Shown: piece by piece, positions 27,401 through 42,400 of the stretch | How positions within the stretch are numbered: the first letter of the stretch is position 1 | How the letters are laid out: each line of letters begins with the position of its first letter | Source: Hemiscyllium ocellatum | Lineage: Eukaryota | Length of the DNA stretch: 64,000 nucleotides | Direction: 5' to 3' | Assembly: GCF_020745735.1 (NCBI RefSeq) | Contig: NC_083407.1 | Span: 54,179,857 to 54,243,856, forward strand | Notes under the pieces: generated by a model | The model's input: the letters and a program-made list of their open reading frames with translations, nothing else | What the model was told of the DNA's origin: nothing | The model's database searches: none | Made by a program: the position numbers and the translations under genes

Positions 27401-30400
27401 CATGTCCCCTTCTGGCACTTCTAAGCCCTCTTTAGATCTTTTCTGGCCAACTTAACACTCAACCGTCCTAACTGAGCCGTCATGCCTCATCCTCACGTAG
27501 GCCGCTTTCTTTCTCTTGACAAGAGCTTCAACTTCTTTAGTAAACCATGACTCCTTCTCTCAACCACTACCTCCCTGCCTAATAGGTATGTACTTATTAA
27601 GGACCTGCAGTAGCTATACCTTGAATAAGCTCCACATTTTCAAGTGTGCCCATCCCCTGCAGTGTCCTTCCCCATCCTTTGCATCCTAAATTTTGTCTAA
27701 TCACATCAGCATTACCTTTTCCCCCAGTTATACCTCTTTCCCTGCAGTATATAACTATCCCTGCCCATTGCTATTGTAAATATAACCGATTTGTGGTCAC
27801 TGTTGCCAAAGTGCTCACCTACCTCCAAATCTCTCACCAGGCTGGGCTCATTCCCTGGTACCAAATCTAGTGTGGCATCACCCCTTGTTGGCCTGTCTAC
27901 GTACTGTCAGAAAACCCTCCTACACACATTGAACAAAAACGGAACCATGTCCCCTCCTGGCTCCAACGGAACCATGCCTCAAAATCTAAGCTACTTAAAC
28001 TATAATATTCCCAGTAAATATTGAGGAGGTTAAAGTCTCCCATAACAACTACCCTGTTATTCTATTCTATTAACGTGAACTGTTTTGCTACTGATGCATC
28101 TGGTATGGTAGGTCAGCTGCCAAATAAGCATTCACTCCATTATGGTACTCATAACATTTGCATGGACTTCTTTAATGTATGTAAAGCTATATTAAAAGAG
28201 TTTAATTTTTGAGGGTTTGTTTAATTTTTGATATATTTCCTACTGCAGGTATTGAAAATAGAATTTTATCCACTGCGCAAGGCGCAAGGCCAAGGCTTGG
28301 ATCTTTGAGACACACCACATCAAATCTAAGTGAATTACTCTCTCCTCCTTCAGAGAGCCGATCTGTGTTCTCGAGAAATTCTAGCAGAAATTCTTCCAGG
28401 TCCTCTAATAACAGCACTGCCTTTTCAAACATTGAAGTGACACCACAAAGAAGTACAGAATGTGGTTTTATTCTGAGTAGAGCTGGCTCCGGAACTTCGG
28501 AATCAATAACCTCACAAAGGCGAAATATGTCTGTGTTGCAGCCAAGATCACCAAATGACTTTGCATCAGAGTCTAGCAGAAGGTGTAGACCTAGACAGCT
28601 ATTGTCCCGTCTGGCATCCAGTGTGTCTTCAACTTTCTCCAGCAACCGAAGACCCAACCAAGGGCATTCAAATGTAAGCTCTTTTGAAGCAGCATGTTCC
28701 ATTGGTCATTCAACCGACATTTCATTAGGTGGAAGACAAGAAAATTTCGCACAAGCTAATAGCTCTGGCAGGCGTGAAGCTACCAATTTTTCAAATAATC
28801 GATCCTCTGAATCTTCTCAGGGATTTGGATTTTTGAGATGGAGACGACTAGGAGTATCGAACCTTTCACAGTCTCAAAATGCTAATGATGGTGTAGAGAG
28901 TTTGCCAAACTTGAGGCAAGATGATTCTGAATATAGAAATACTGCTTCGTGGTTATCATCATCATTACGAAACAGATGCACCCCTCTTTTCAACAGAAGG
29001 AGAAGAGAAGGAAGGGATGAAACTGCAAGAATGGCTGCCACACCTAGTAGTACTATAAATGAAGCCAGAGTAGAACAGCCATCAGTCCTCCAAAGAGAAG
29101 TTAGAACATTTGAAAACTCAAGCAGGGAACAATCGAATGTTACCCAAGGTGCTACTGCAGCTTCTTCAGGAGCTTTGAGCTCCACCTTTTGCACTCCATC
29201 TGTACCAGAGAGCCCTCGAGGTCGAAGTACTTCAGGAATTGCAGGGATATTCCCTAATTCTGTCATTCGCCTTTCTATGCCATATGGCCTTGGAGATGAA
29301 TTCTCCGATAATATACTGATAGCAGTTGACTTCGCAAACCATGTAAATACTCATCAAGAGAAACAAAAAACTGCAAGTGCATCTAAGGACCCAGAAAAAC
29401 TCAGAAAAATACAGGAAAGGTATGCTTTATGCACTTTTTAATATAACCTATTACCTGTAGAATTCCTCTAAGCATCGGTTTGCTGATATACCCAGAAACT
29501 TTGCACTTCAATCAGATTTTCCCTTGATTAGCTGGCCAGTGTATTTGTTGCTTGTTCACAAAAGGGATTTTCTTTACTACTGCACAGCATGAGATTTTTA
29601 ATACGAATGCAATAGCCAGGTTGCTGAAAATCAGAAATAAAAATACAAAATGCTGGAGAAACTCAGGCTTAGCAGCATCTATGGAGAGAGAAAAACAGCT
29701 GAACAGAAACAAGTCCAATGTGGAGCAATGAGAGGACTCCTGCCCAAAGAAGGGAGTCGAAGACAACAGAAGAAAAGTTGATTGTGATTCACTGAGGTAG
29801 GGACATAGTGTTAAATGAAGACCATTGCTGAGGGCAGATATCTCTCTCTGCAACTGCTGCTAGACCTGTTGATTTTTCTCCAGTATTTTTTGTTTTTATC
29901 ATGAATCTTTGGATGTGATGTTATTTGCAGGGAATATAATGCTCCAGCCTGTGACTTGGAGCAGGAGAAAATGACTTATCACCTTTGTGGGAATTGGCTT
30001 GGTATGGAGGTAGTGTGAATAATAGAGGTTCTTCAGAAGATATCTGAACCAAGTGGCTGTTCGTTTTTTGAAGTAAGCAGCTTAAAGTTTAAATAGCTAT
30101 AAGCTTGATGAGTAATGGTTTTGAAGAGATTTCTTCCCCTCTCTATTCTGCACGCAAAAGCACCTTAACAACTCAACAATATTAAAACATATTTTTGTCG
30201 TTGTACTGGATGTTCAATGGCAATTTCAGATTGTTTGTCCCTTGGTTTCTCAGTAGAAAATTAACTTCTATTGTTGCATTATGTAATGAGTACTGAGAAA
30301 TATTTCAGTTTTTTTTAATGAATAACCTTTGTTCCTGTTGGCCTGATCCCAGAACTAGAGGGCATAGCTATAGGGTGAGAGGAGAAAGATATAAAAGAGA

Positions 30401-33400
30401 CCTAAGGGGCAACTTTTTCACGCAGGCGGTGGTACTTGTATGGAATGAGCTGCCAGAGGAAGTGGTGGAAGATAGTACAATTGCAACATTTAAGAGGCAT
30501 TTGGATGGGTATATGAGTAGGAAGGGTTTGGAGGGAAATGGGTCGGGTGCTGGCAGGTGGGACTAGATTGGGTTGGGATATCTGGTTTGCATGGATAGGT
30601 TGGACCCAAGGGTCTGTTCCCATGCTGTACATCTCTATGACTCTATGTACAGCACAGAAACAGACCCTTTGGGCCAACTCGTCCATGCCACCCAGGTATC
30701 CCAACCTAATCTAGTCCAATTTGCCAGCACTTGGACCACATCCCTATCAATCCTTCCTATTCAGATGCCTTTTAAATGCTGTAATTATACCAGACTTCTC
30801 CACTTCCTCTGGCAGCTCATTCCATATATGCACCACCCTCTGCATGACAAAGTTCGCCCTTGGGTCCCTTTCATATCATTCCCCTCTTGCCCTGACCCTA
30901 TGTGTTCTACTTCTGGACTCCCCCACCCCTGGGAAAAGACATTGACTGTTTATCCTCATGATTTTGTAAACCTCTATAAGGTCACCCCTCAGCCTTTGAC
31001 GTTCCAGAGAAGACAGTCCCAACCTATTCAGCTTCTCCCTATAGCTTAAATCCTCCAACCCTGGCAACATCCCTGTAAATCTTTTCTGAGCCCTTTCAAG
31101 TTTCACAACATCCTTCTGATGTTAGCCTAACCAATGTCGTCCTGTACAGCCGCAACATGACCTTCCAACTCCTATACTCAATGCTCTGACCAATAAAGGA
31201 AAACATACCAAATGCCTTGTTCACTATCCCATCTACATGCAACTCTACTTTCAAGGAGCTATAAACCTGCACTCCAAGGTCAGCAACACTCTCTCTGGGA
31301 CCTTACCATTAAGTATGTAAGTCCTGCTCTGATTTGCTTTTCCATAGTGCAGCACATTTGTCTAAATTAAACTCTGTCTGCTACTTCTCAGCCCATTGGC
31401 TCATCTAATCAAGATCCCGTTGTAATCTGAAGTAACCTCCTTCGCTGTCCACTACATTTCCAATTTTGGAGTCAGCAGAAAACTTAGTAAATATAGTTCT
31501 AATGTTCACATCCTGATCGTTTCTATAAATGACAAAAAGCAGTGGACCCAGCACCGATCCTTGTGATATACCACTGGTCACAGACCTCCAATCTGAAAAG
31601 CAACCCTCTACCACCACTATTTGTCTTCTATCTTTGAGCCAGTTCTGTATCCAAATGGATACAGTTCTCCCTGTATTCCATGAGATCTAACCTTGCTAAC
31701 CAGTTTCCCATGAGGAACCTTGTCAAACACCTTACTGCAGTCCCTATAGATCACGTCTACTGCTTTGCCCTCATCAATCCTCTTTGTTATATCTTTAAAA
31801 AAACTCAATCAAGTTTGTGAAATATGATTTCGCACACACACCACCATTGCAATTTCATGTACAAATGTTTTCATGTAAAGTCAAATATTTTCAACTGGGT
31901 GTGATATGAATTTATCAGTTCTGACGATTTGAAGTAACTGACAAAATTGCTGAGAAATTAACACTCTAAAAGTAAGTCAATTTTGTATGCATTCGTTTGT
32001 TTTCAAATGATATTTTACAGGAAGAGTCTTTTTAGTTAATAGAATCGCCAAAGAACTACCTGCTATACATCATATTTCGACTGAAATGTTTCCTTTTGAA
32101 AGGAGCAGCAAGCCATTGTCCCTCAAATTGACCAAGCAATGTCCTCTCTCGTTGTGTGTTGTTGGGGTGGCAAAACAAGAGAGAGCTTGATGTACTTTGT
32201 CAAATGACTAATTTCTGGCTTTAGATACTGTTTCTGTGCTTGATTGGGAAAGAGATGGAAGAGATAAATTGTTGAACATATGAATCACTTTATTCATCTG
32301 TTGGGAATAGAAGTCAAGTTAACTTTCAATAGTATACTTGATTTTTCACTATTTTAATCGTATTGACTGGAGTTCGTTCTTGTTCCGATATTCGGGTATT
32401 GATCCAATTCAGAACACTTTAAAATAAAAGCCTTAGAAAGCTAAGCCTAAAATCAAACTACATAAACTTGCTGATTTTCATAATTATTTCATGGATAGCC
32501 CAGATATTATAAAGCACCATATATTGGTTGTTCCGCTATAACATCCTTTTCATCGGCGTGAATTGGCTATAATGTGATTGACGCATTGTTTGGATAACGC
32601 AAATGTTCTACTGAACAGGTATAGCAATTTTTCTATGAGCAATTTTCTATGAGCGGTTTTCCATAGCACGAGGTTGCAGAGGAACACAACTGTCACATAT
32701 AGCAGAACAACCTGCACCTCAACAAGTACCTCCCTGCCCAAACAGCCAGATAATGTTCCTACTAATATTGAGAGAACTTTTTTTTTAACTCAATGAATTC
32801 GTGAACCGTGTTGACCAACAGTTGGACCTCCCACTTCTTTAGCCAAGATTATCAGAGTGCCTATCTTTTATGATTTATTTCTAATTATGCAAATTTTACA
32901 AGCTGAAACTTCTAAGTGTGTGTATTGTTCTTAATGTAGGATCTGCTTTAGTCCAAAGGTATCCATGCAATGGGCAAGGCATGTCTCTTAACATTCAAGA
33001 GGACTAGAACTCCTGTCTTGAATTTTATTTTAACTTGCTTTAGGGATTTTCAAGGCATAATTATTTTTTATGGAACCATGTTCATGTGGATGTGGTTACT
33101 CTTCCTTTGCAAATCTGAAAGTATGTCTGGTTATTCGAAAACTTCACAAGTCTGGATCAGTCCTTTAACTGGTGTCAACGCATTCCTTTCATGCTAGAAT
33201 AACTGAGTAGGCAGTGGGATTTTGTGTGCAATTCCCTAGTCCAGGGATACTGATTTTGGCACTCCGGTGGAATCAGTGTTTTGCAGTACCTCAGAGCACT
33301 TGTAGAGTCTGTGCTGCTGATAAACTTTTGGAGTAAAGCAGGGCCCCAAGTTGGTCAACTTCCTGTTAAACTCCATGTTTGTCCAACTTCATTCCTCAAT

Positions 33401-36400
33401 TTTTCTTCATGGTATGAAAATAAATCTTTAAAAATCCAACAATACTACAACAAGATAAGTTGCAAAAAATCTTAAAAGCTGTCTTTTAAAAAATAGATCA
33501 AAGTAGATGTTTTGGTATATTAAAGTAGAAATTTCAATCTAATAACGATAACACAACCTGGAATTCAAATCTTTAATGTTGTAGCCTTTCTATTTTTCTG
33601 TTTCATGTTGCAACAATGCAAAATTGTATATTTAATTTTTTCATGTATGTTTCTATATGACAGCTTGCTTTTAGAGGATTCTGATGATGACGAAGGTGAT
33701 ATCTGCCGTATTTGCCAAATGGGAGCTGGAGCTACGACACCTCCAAATCCTTTAATACAGCCATGCAATTGTACTGGTAGCTTGCAATATGTTCATCAGG
33801 AATGCATGAAGAAATGGTTGCAATCAAAAATAAATTCAGGTAATATGTGCATTTAGGTGAGCAGTATGGTGGCCAGTAAATACTTCATCTTTCTTATTTC
33901 TTACAGCTAGATGCTCAATAACTTGGATTTGGACTAAACTTTCCAAGTTACTTGCCAAAAGTGTTTCCGAAAGGCTTGCCTTTCCTTGATCATGCTCTAC
34001 CACCTTTCGGGATGAGGCTGCACTTAAAACTACAGCCTTCCCTGTGGGTTGTGGTTTTGATATCTAATAGAATAGAAGCATAGAAAATAAGAGCAGGGCA
34101 GGTAGAGAGAGCATTTTGTAAAGCATACTATGTTTTCAACTTTATTAAAAGGGACATGGAATACAATAGCAAGGATGTGGTTTTGAACTTACACAAGACA
34201 ATTGTTGCACCTCGCGAGAAGAATTGTGCATAGTTGTGGGTGCCACAATATAGGAAAGATGTGAATGAATTGGAGAGAGTGCAGAAGCAGTTTATAAGAG
34301 TGCTTCCGAGAATGGGAAACTTCAGGCATGACAATAGATTGAAGAAATTAGGACTGTTTTCTTTGGATAGAAAAAGGCAAAGAGGAGATTTGACAGAGAT
34401 TTTCAAAATCATGAGTAGACTGGACAAAGTAGGTAGGGAGAAACTGTTCCCATTCATAAAAGAAAAAGATGAGAGTGCATGGATTTAAGATGTTGCTTGA
34501 ATTAAGCAAGAGTGATGTGAGAAAATCTTTCACATGGGGTATGGAATGTAGAAATGTGGTGAACCTGGTTCATTTGTTGCATCCAGGAAGGCAGTGATGA
34601 TGATTTGGCTGGAAATGGTGTAAGGGGATATGGGACAAAGTTAGGAGGTTGTGCCTGCACTAGTTCTATTCCTTAGTACCAAATGGCCACCACCTGCGCT
34701 GTAACAGTCCTGAGGAGCAGGAAGAGGTCATTCGGCCCTTCGAGCTTGCTTGGCCATTCAGTAGGATCATAGCTAATCATCCAACTTAACATACTGTTCC
34801 TGCTTTCTCCCTGCACCCTTTGATTCCTTTCACCCAAAGATCTATATGCTTCTTGAAATAAAAATTGGAATGTGGATCCTTTGATTTTTTTTTTTAAACC
34901 CTTGTATGTTCTCAAATGTGTGGGCTTCAGGTACTGATGAGAAGTAAAACTTCCCAATTAAGAAAGATTTGAACTGTTGTTTGATGAAGGCCATTGAACA
35001 GATTGTCTACCTGCCTGCCATTTACTTTTTGAAGGTTTGTCTTGATTAGGATTCACGTAAATTAAGAGAACCAAATCACAACTGGCATTCACTTTGGATT
35101 TGATTTTCGTCATCTCTAAAAGTGTCCAGGATTGATTGCTGTCTGACTCAGTATAAATTGATGAGGGGGCAGCATTAATTGGCATACTCGTATACTTCGT
35201 GCGAATGATAACGATGAAGAATAACTGACAAGTGTGTGTTAAGGCATGATTATATTGTATTAACAAAATAATAAATGTATAACCCCAAACACATTGAATA
35301 GATATTGTCTACTAAATTCAATACAGGTGCTGATTTGACTGCTATAACTACCTGTGAATTGTGTAAAGAGAAGCTGCAGCTGGAATTTGAAGATTTTGAT
35401 GTTCACGAATTGTATAGGACACATGCAGATGAACAGGTGTGTATAGGTTGCATAGCCTTTATAATTGTTTCCAATGTATGCAAATATTGAATGGAGTTAA
35501 TTATTTGTTTCATATTGTTATGAAATTCATTATTGATCTTGGCCAGATATTCACTTTATATTGTCCCGTAATTATAGGGATCCGTTTAGGAAAAGCTTTG
35601 CTTGACTCTCAATTCTCTGGAATAGTTGTAGGCACCATATTTTAAAAGTTGCTGTGTCTCTTTCTATCACCCCTGGAACTTGGTTCTGTTTGAGCAACAA
35701 TCCTGTTGGGAAATGATCAGGATTTTGAATTCCCCATTCAAGTTTCCAATCCGTCGCATCTGTGTTAGTGTGCAATTTAGTATTTCATGCCAAGTATTTA
35801 TTTCCTTTTAAAATATAGTCCTTGTTATCTAGCCTCAAAGTTCTAAATGAGAGCAATTCTTGGATGAGTCAGTGGGATTTTTTTTTGAGTGAGAGTTACA
35901 GGGAGAGGAGAAAAAAGGGAAAGAGAAAAAAAATACTCAGCTACCACGGTTAGTTCAAGTGTTCTGATGTCTAAGTTTGTTCGGTGAGATTTCAAGACCA
36001 AGAGAGTACAGTTTTGGTGCTTGATCAGTGCATTGGCTAATTTCTGCTCAAATAAAGGCATTTCACATTATCTCAAAAGCTTCTGGGGCACTATAGTTGA
36101 TATCAATATCCTAGAGTGAGGAAGAAAGTTGGCCAGGATTCTTATCCTGTGTTATCCAACAATGAAACATTCCTATTTGCACTATGCATATATTTACCTA
36201 AGATCGATGCAATGGAAGTCTAATACAAATTTGCTCCTGGATGTGGTCTCAAAGGAAAAAAATCCAACTTGAATGGCAAACTCTCTATTCTGGATGCTTT
36301 TCAATCAATCTGTTCAGGTACAAGTCTGGTGTAGATGAAAGTTGAACCCAGGCCACTAGCCCACAAGTAAGGACATTACCACTGCTCCACAAGAGCTCTC

Positions 36401-39400
36401 TTTATATTTATTTGAAAGACCTATGCATATCGTAGTTGTACTTGTGCATTCCTACAGTTTGGAATAATCTGTACTGTTGTAAATAGATATTTGAATTGTT
36501 CTCCTGATGTAAACTTTCACAGATGATCGGGCCAGAAATATTGTAACGTAAGCTATTTCTACCTGCAAGAGTTGCCATGTGAATCTGGCTCAATCTTGAC
36601 AGTTGGAAATTCACTTTCTTTTTCTGGAAGAAAATATTCTCCCTTTTTCAAATTCTGCTTAAATCCCATACATCTATTAGATTTTAAAAAACACTGAATA
36701 AATATGCAGGTGCAGACATAGGGGGCTGAAACTTGAAAAATCAGTAATTGCTTTCTCCTGCTGAAAGGAAATCCTCTACAGTACACATTCATTATTCAAA
36801 GTTAATACTGTCTCACCTTTTGGGCCTTTAACAACTGCATATTATCAGACTTGTACTAATTTTTAATGAGTAAAGATAGTAAACTCAATAAATCTTTGTA
36901 TATTTGCTTATCAGTCGTATGGATTTTTTGTTTTAAGGCTCTGTGCAATTTTTTTTACAATTTTATTTAGGCACAATATGAATTCATCAGTTCTGGTCTC
37001 TACCTTGTTCTGTTACTTCACCTGTGTGAACAGAGATTTTCTGACATGATGGGTGGCACAAGTGAATCACGGACTAGACTTCGGGTAAGTGATTAAGTGA
37101 AATATGGAATACAAAAATAACTAATCTGAAGAGTAGAAACTTAGAAATGTGATTATACAGCATTTCCTTTTGAACACTGACAGTGGGTTCTTTGCATCAG
37201 AGTAACTCTTTATGTAACTGATTGCGTAATTGTTGTCAACTTAATGGCAAATAGCTTAAGTCACTTCAATGCTTTGTCACTGTGGGCAGCTATTTTCTGA
37301 AATTATCTGCACTGCAAGGTAGGCAACAAGTCAAGTAGTTATTTAATTTACTTCAGAATGAACAAAAGGATTTTAAAAGTTTTTAATAAGGTTAAATGTG
37401 ACTTGCTAGCTTCTTGATACCTTATTTATAAAGTTGTGGACTATTGTTTGAATTTCATGTGAAAACTCCTAGCTTGCATAAATAGTATCGGAAGAACCAA
37501 ATCAGTGACTACTTTGGATCATTTGAGGAAGTGGCTCACCAGTGCAAAGTTCATTGATACAGTTGTAAACTGAATGTTACTAATTCAGCACTCTGCAACA
37601 AGACTATCTACCAGCTGGGTGGTGTTGTGTTTGAAAGTTATACTGCCCTCTTTGTTCCCCCCCTCTTTGGTACATGGGTGAAGCCAGATATTTGGTTTTG
37701 ACGTTATCCACTTTTCTTTCTTTCAGTTCATCCATCTGGCAAGAACCCTTCAGCAGCACATACAAGATCTTGAAAGTAGGTTTTTCGGATACCCTTTAGG
37801 GCCCTAAATTGGTCTTTGTTGCCCATTATTAAAATTGTACTGTATTTTCAGTCTGTTTGTGAAAACTATTGGCATGCTGTTCTGGAAGTCCAAACGCAAG
37901 AGCATTTCAGAAAGTTATAATGCCAACATGCTAAAAGTTGACACTGTAAATGTGTAAAGTTGTCTTAATTTTAAAAATAAATTGAGCACTTTTATTGACT
38001 GAAAAGGTAGATGTGTGCAACAGGTTTCAAAGACTTCTGCCATAAAATATAATGATTCTCAATGAAGCAGTACTGATACAATTGAAATATTTGCATTTGC
38101 CCCCATTTTACAATATACTGTATGAACTCTTTACAAGAAGTCAGGAATATGTGTTAGTACAACTCCTGACTCCAAGTAACTACTTTTCGATATCTCAACT
38201 TATTCAGATTTAGGAATGACAAGCGCATACATCCCTCTGATCATCCCAAAGAGAAACACACAATTATGGATGAATTGGATTATTTACAGTGGGGATTTGA
38301 GCTCAGAAGTAGAGTTTTTTAACTGGAGTTATACATGAGACCATTCCTGGAGTATTGTATATTGATTTGGTCTCCGTACCTAAGAAGGAATATTTTTGCC
38401 ATAGAGGCAGCTGAATTTCACTTGGCTAATTCCGAGGATGAAAGATCTACAAATATGAATGTAGGTTTGCTCGCTGAGCTGGAAGGTTCATTTTCAGACA
38501 TTTCGTCAACATACTAGGTAACATCTTCAGTGAGCCTCCAGATGGAGCACTGCTGGTGTTTCCTGCTTTCTGTTGGGTTTCCTTGAGTTGATGTCATTTT
38601 CTATGGTGACGCCATTTCCTATTATATCATAGGAAATGACATCACCACAGGAAATAACATCACAGACCCAAGGAAACCCAAAAGTATAAATACAAAGCAG
38701 GAAACACCAACAGTGCTTCATCCGGAGGCTCACTGAAGATGTTGCCTAGTATGGTGACGAAATGTCTGCAAATGAACCTTGCAGCTCGGCAAGCAAACCT
38801 ACACCCAGAACCTCAACCTGAGCTACAAATCTTCTCAAAACTCGCTTTGGCATTGAAATAGAGGATCAGCCATGATCATATCGAATTACAAAACTGGGTT
38901 GACAAGCTGAATGACCTACTCCTGCATAGTTTCTGATTCTGTAGCTGTGTTAAAACTGGCTTTTCATCATTTGTGTAATGTACCTCCATGTAAACGAAGG
39001 AACTACCTGTAAATGATTCCTTCATAGTGCTTGTCTGGAGAGTGTGGTCCATCTTGCTGATGCTACTAAACGCAAAAAGAGGAGATGCATTAGTTTTCTT
39101 TTCAGTGAAATCTGTTCCATCCTCTTTTCTATTCCTGTTTTGATGATTTGCATCACCCACAGTGCACTTGAATAGCTATTTAAGGTCATAAATAGAGTTT
39201 CTGAAGCACTTCTGGCAAAGTAATGCACTGAAAAGTTGTAGTTCCAAAGAATTTCCCAGACAGAATAGTTTGAGAAATCCTGAAATGGCTATTGTCCCTG
39301 TTGATGGCTCGCATGTGTCAGCCTCTTGGATAGTATATTGGAGAAGCAATCACTCCCTGAAATGTCTTTAGGAGATGGAAATGGAATTACTTAATAGGAA

Positions 39401-42400
39401 AAGTGGAAGGGAATAACAATTAAGAAAAGCTTCTTAATATTTTGGTTATAGTGTCGTAGGGATGTATAGCATGGAAACACACCCTTCGGTCCAACTCATC
39501 CATGTCAACCAGATATCCTAACTTAATCTAGTCCCATTTGCCAGCATTTGGTCCATATCCCTCTAAAGCCTTCCTATTCATATACCCATCCAGACACCTC
39601 TTAAATGCTGTTATTAAATTGTGGTTGTAACAGCCTCCATCACTTCCTCTGGTAGCTCATTGGAAGAATCCGTAATACAACAGGCATTATTATTAACAGC
39701 ACCACAGGAAGTGTGAACTGTCCAGGGAAGTCTGTTAAAGGATTGATTTATCTTTTGGTGCTGGGAAGAGTAGGATTTATCCAATAAAGCTGCTTTTAAA
39801 AAAAAAAGAGGACCAGGATAATTTATTAGGTCACAAAAGACAAAAATAATCCACTTTACTCTCAGGCTGTAGAAAGCAGGAATCCTCCGTCATCCAAGAG
39901 AGGAGTTGCTCCCAAAGTGATTGGAAGGTATAGGAAGAGGCATTTCATTAGCTGTTGAGTAGGTTACTTGAGACATGGATCAAGTGGGATGAACACGTAC
40001 TTTCCTATTTTTTGTTGGTCTGTGGAACTTTGGAAGGGCTGCCTAAAAATTGAATCAGGTGGGAAAATTGGCCCAAGCTCCTGTTGCTTCAGTGAAAAAT
40101 GGATGACCAACCCTTGTCAGAGGCTATCTCCCTGGTTACAAATTACTTGTAAAATGTTGTGATATTCATGAGTAACAATGGTCGAATTTCTCTCAAGCAG
40201 AATCCTTATTACCCAAATTGTCAAGGTGGCAGAAACACCACAGGTTTAACTTCAGGCTGTACCATCTGGATTTCCACAAATGATGATCAAGTGTGATATA
40301 AAACTGCCATTCTAAGCTAGGTTTTATTTCTATTCCTATCATTGTCCATTCTCATTAATTGTTGAGGTATGCAATATGCTGGCATTCTACAAATGCTATA
40401 TTTAATGGCACTAATAATGGGTGTGATTAATTTGGTCACCTGAAGTTCACTGTTTGATAGCACAGTTTAATTTTCCTCCTAAATACTACTTTTATATATA
40501 GGGATCAAGGCAACCTGCAGCAGTTCTAATTAAATAAAGAATTTGCAAGGGTGCTAGCATTTGACTGGAAACTGATGTGGACCAGCCATTTAACAACTGT
40601 GCTACAAGACCAGAGTTTCGGAAGCAAAGAATTCTGCAACAATTAACTTCTTTTCTGATTCCTTAGAACCCATCCACAATCTGCAAGGCACAAGTTAGGA
40701 AAGTGATAGAATACTTGAAAAACGAGTGAAGCTCCAACAACACTCTAAACTCAACACCATCCAGGAAAAGCAGCCCACTTGATTCGTTCCTGCATATAAC
40801 ACTGATCAACATGCACTCTCTATAGTGTTGACACACAGTGGCAGCAGTGTGCACCATCTATAAGATTCACTGCTGCAACTCAACAAAACTCCTTCAAGTG
40901 TACCTTCGAAATCTGTGATCTCAACCACCTAGAAAGACCATGATGCCACTCATGTAGGAATGCCACCACATGCCTTTTGGAATGAGTGAAACCCCTATCC
41001 AATAAAATAATAACTTATTTTTAAAAATGTCATTAAGTCTTTGAGCTTTAAATCAATAGATAAGATGTTCTCCTTATTTATAAATAATTGCTTAGTACAT
41101 AAATAGTACTGACAAGATATTTAAATTTAAACTTTTTATCAATTGTGGGTGCATTCTCCATGGCAGTGCCTGTACTAATCAGAGTCAGCTTGCCAACCAA
41201 TCAGTATTCTATTCTCATGTAGTATAAATGTTCATTTTCTCCTTGTATCTTGTATTCTCGTGAATTGTTCTGATAAGTGACAGACAAAAAGCTTTGGCAA
41301 AAATGTTTTTTTTTCCCCCAGCAAATAACACATTGATTTTCTTGTATAATTCTTGGTGTAATCTGGTTTACTTAATAAAAGATGTTCAATAGCAGAATTG
41401 CCTCTTATGTTGTACATTATGACGGCATTTTGCAAGCATTGGCTGGTTTTAACACGATCAGCTTACTGCTATTGAAGGCAGTCAGAAGAATGTGTTTCAT
41501 GTACTTTTCCAGTTGTGGAGATTGACAAAGAGCTTTGACTTCAAATCCCTCTTTTTTTTTGGATAGGAATGTTTACATTTATAGTAAATCTGTCATTCTC
41601 AGTTACTGAAATGAACATGTTTATTAATTTACATTTGCACAAATTTGCAAATGCATTTAAACAAAAGCTAGGACAGCGTCAATTTTGGCATCACTCTGTT
41701 TTGCAATTGACCTGAAGGAAACAAAATTCCAATTATTCGATTTTATAATGAGCAATGATAAACAAGTGGTTTAAGTAAGCATTTTCTTAAAATATGCGTC
41801 TTCAACTAGTTAATGAAATTAAGAAAATCCAAGCAAGTTGGTCAGTCAGCGTGGATCAAGTGGGAGTGATGGCATCGAAAGAAGCTCCGTTTAGATGGTA
41901 AACCTTAGAGTGGCAATGGTAGCCCAGAATGATGTGGAGGATGCCCTTTCTCAAATAGCCATCAATGGTTGACAGCTTGGCAGGTCATACTAACCACAGT
42001 TGGAGGAATGGCTTGACTGCTGGAGGGTTAGAAATGTGACTTTGTGCCTTTTATATCCCCCAACCCTATCATACACTGAGATAATCTGCATCCATCTGAT
42101 AACAGCTCTTGTTTCAGTAGAACATGAGTGATTTTACTTCTATTGCTAATGTGATGTTTCATCAGCTTCAAGCTTTTATGTTGCAAAGATGTCCTGTTGA
42201 GGTACCACTGTTGCTTTTGTGTCTGTTAAAATGCTGCTAATTACTTTTTCCCGGCATCTCCAGTCAGAGACTGATGCTCTCCTGTACTTGCTGCTAATAT
42301 ACTCACTTGCTCCAATCAGGTTCATTAATGTTAATTAATGGTACCTATAATAGGAAAAGCAGCTCATCACTGATTCAGTGACTTCCATATACCAGGGTAA

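Noticed and set aside
28209-29441. 410-aa ORF as a standalone gene, and its antisense ORFs (28202-28702, 28874-29266)
   Set aside because: It is MARCHF7 exon 5 bounded by splice sites; the antisense ORFs are shadows
38580-38680. Short repeated ggaaatgacatcac motifs as a CRISPR-like array
   Set aside because: Internal minisatellite of the pLTR element, with no unique spacers and a eukaryotic context
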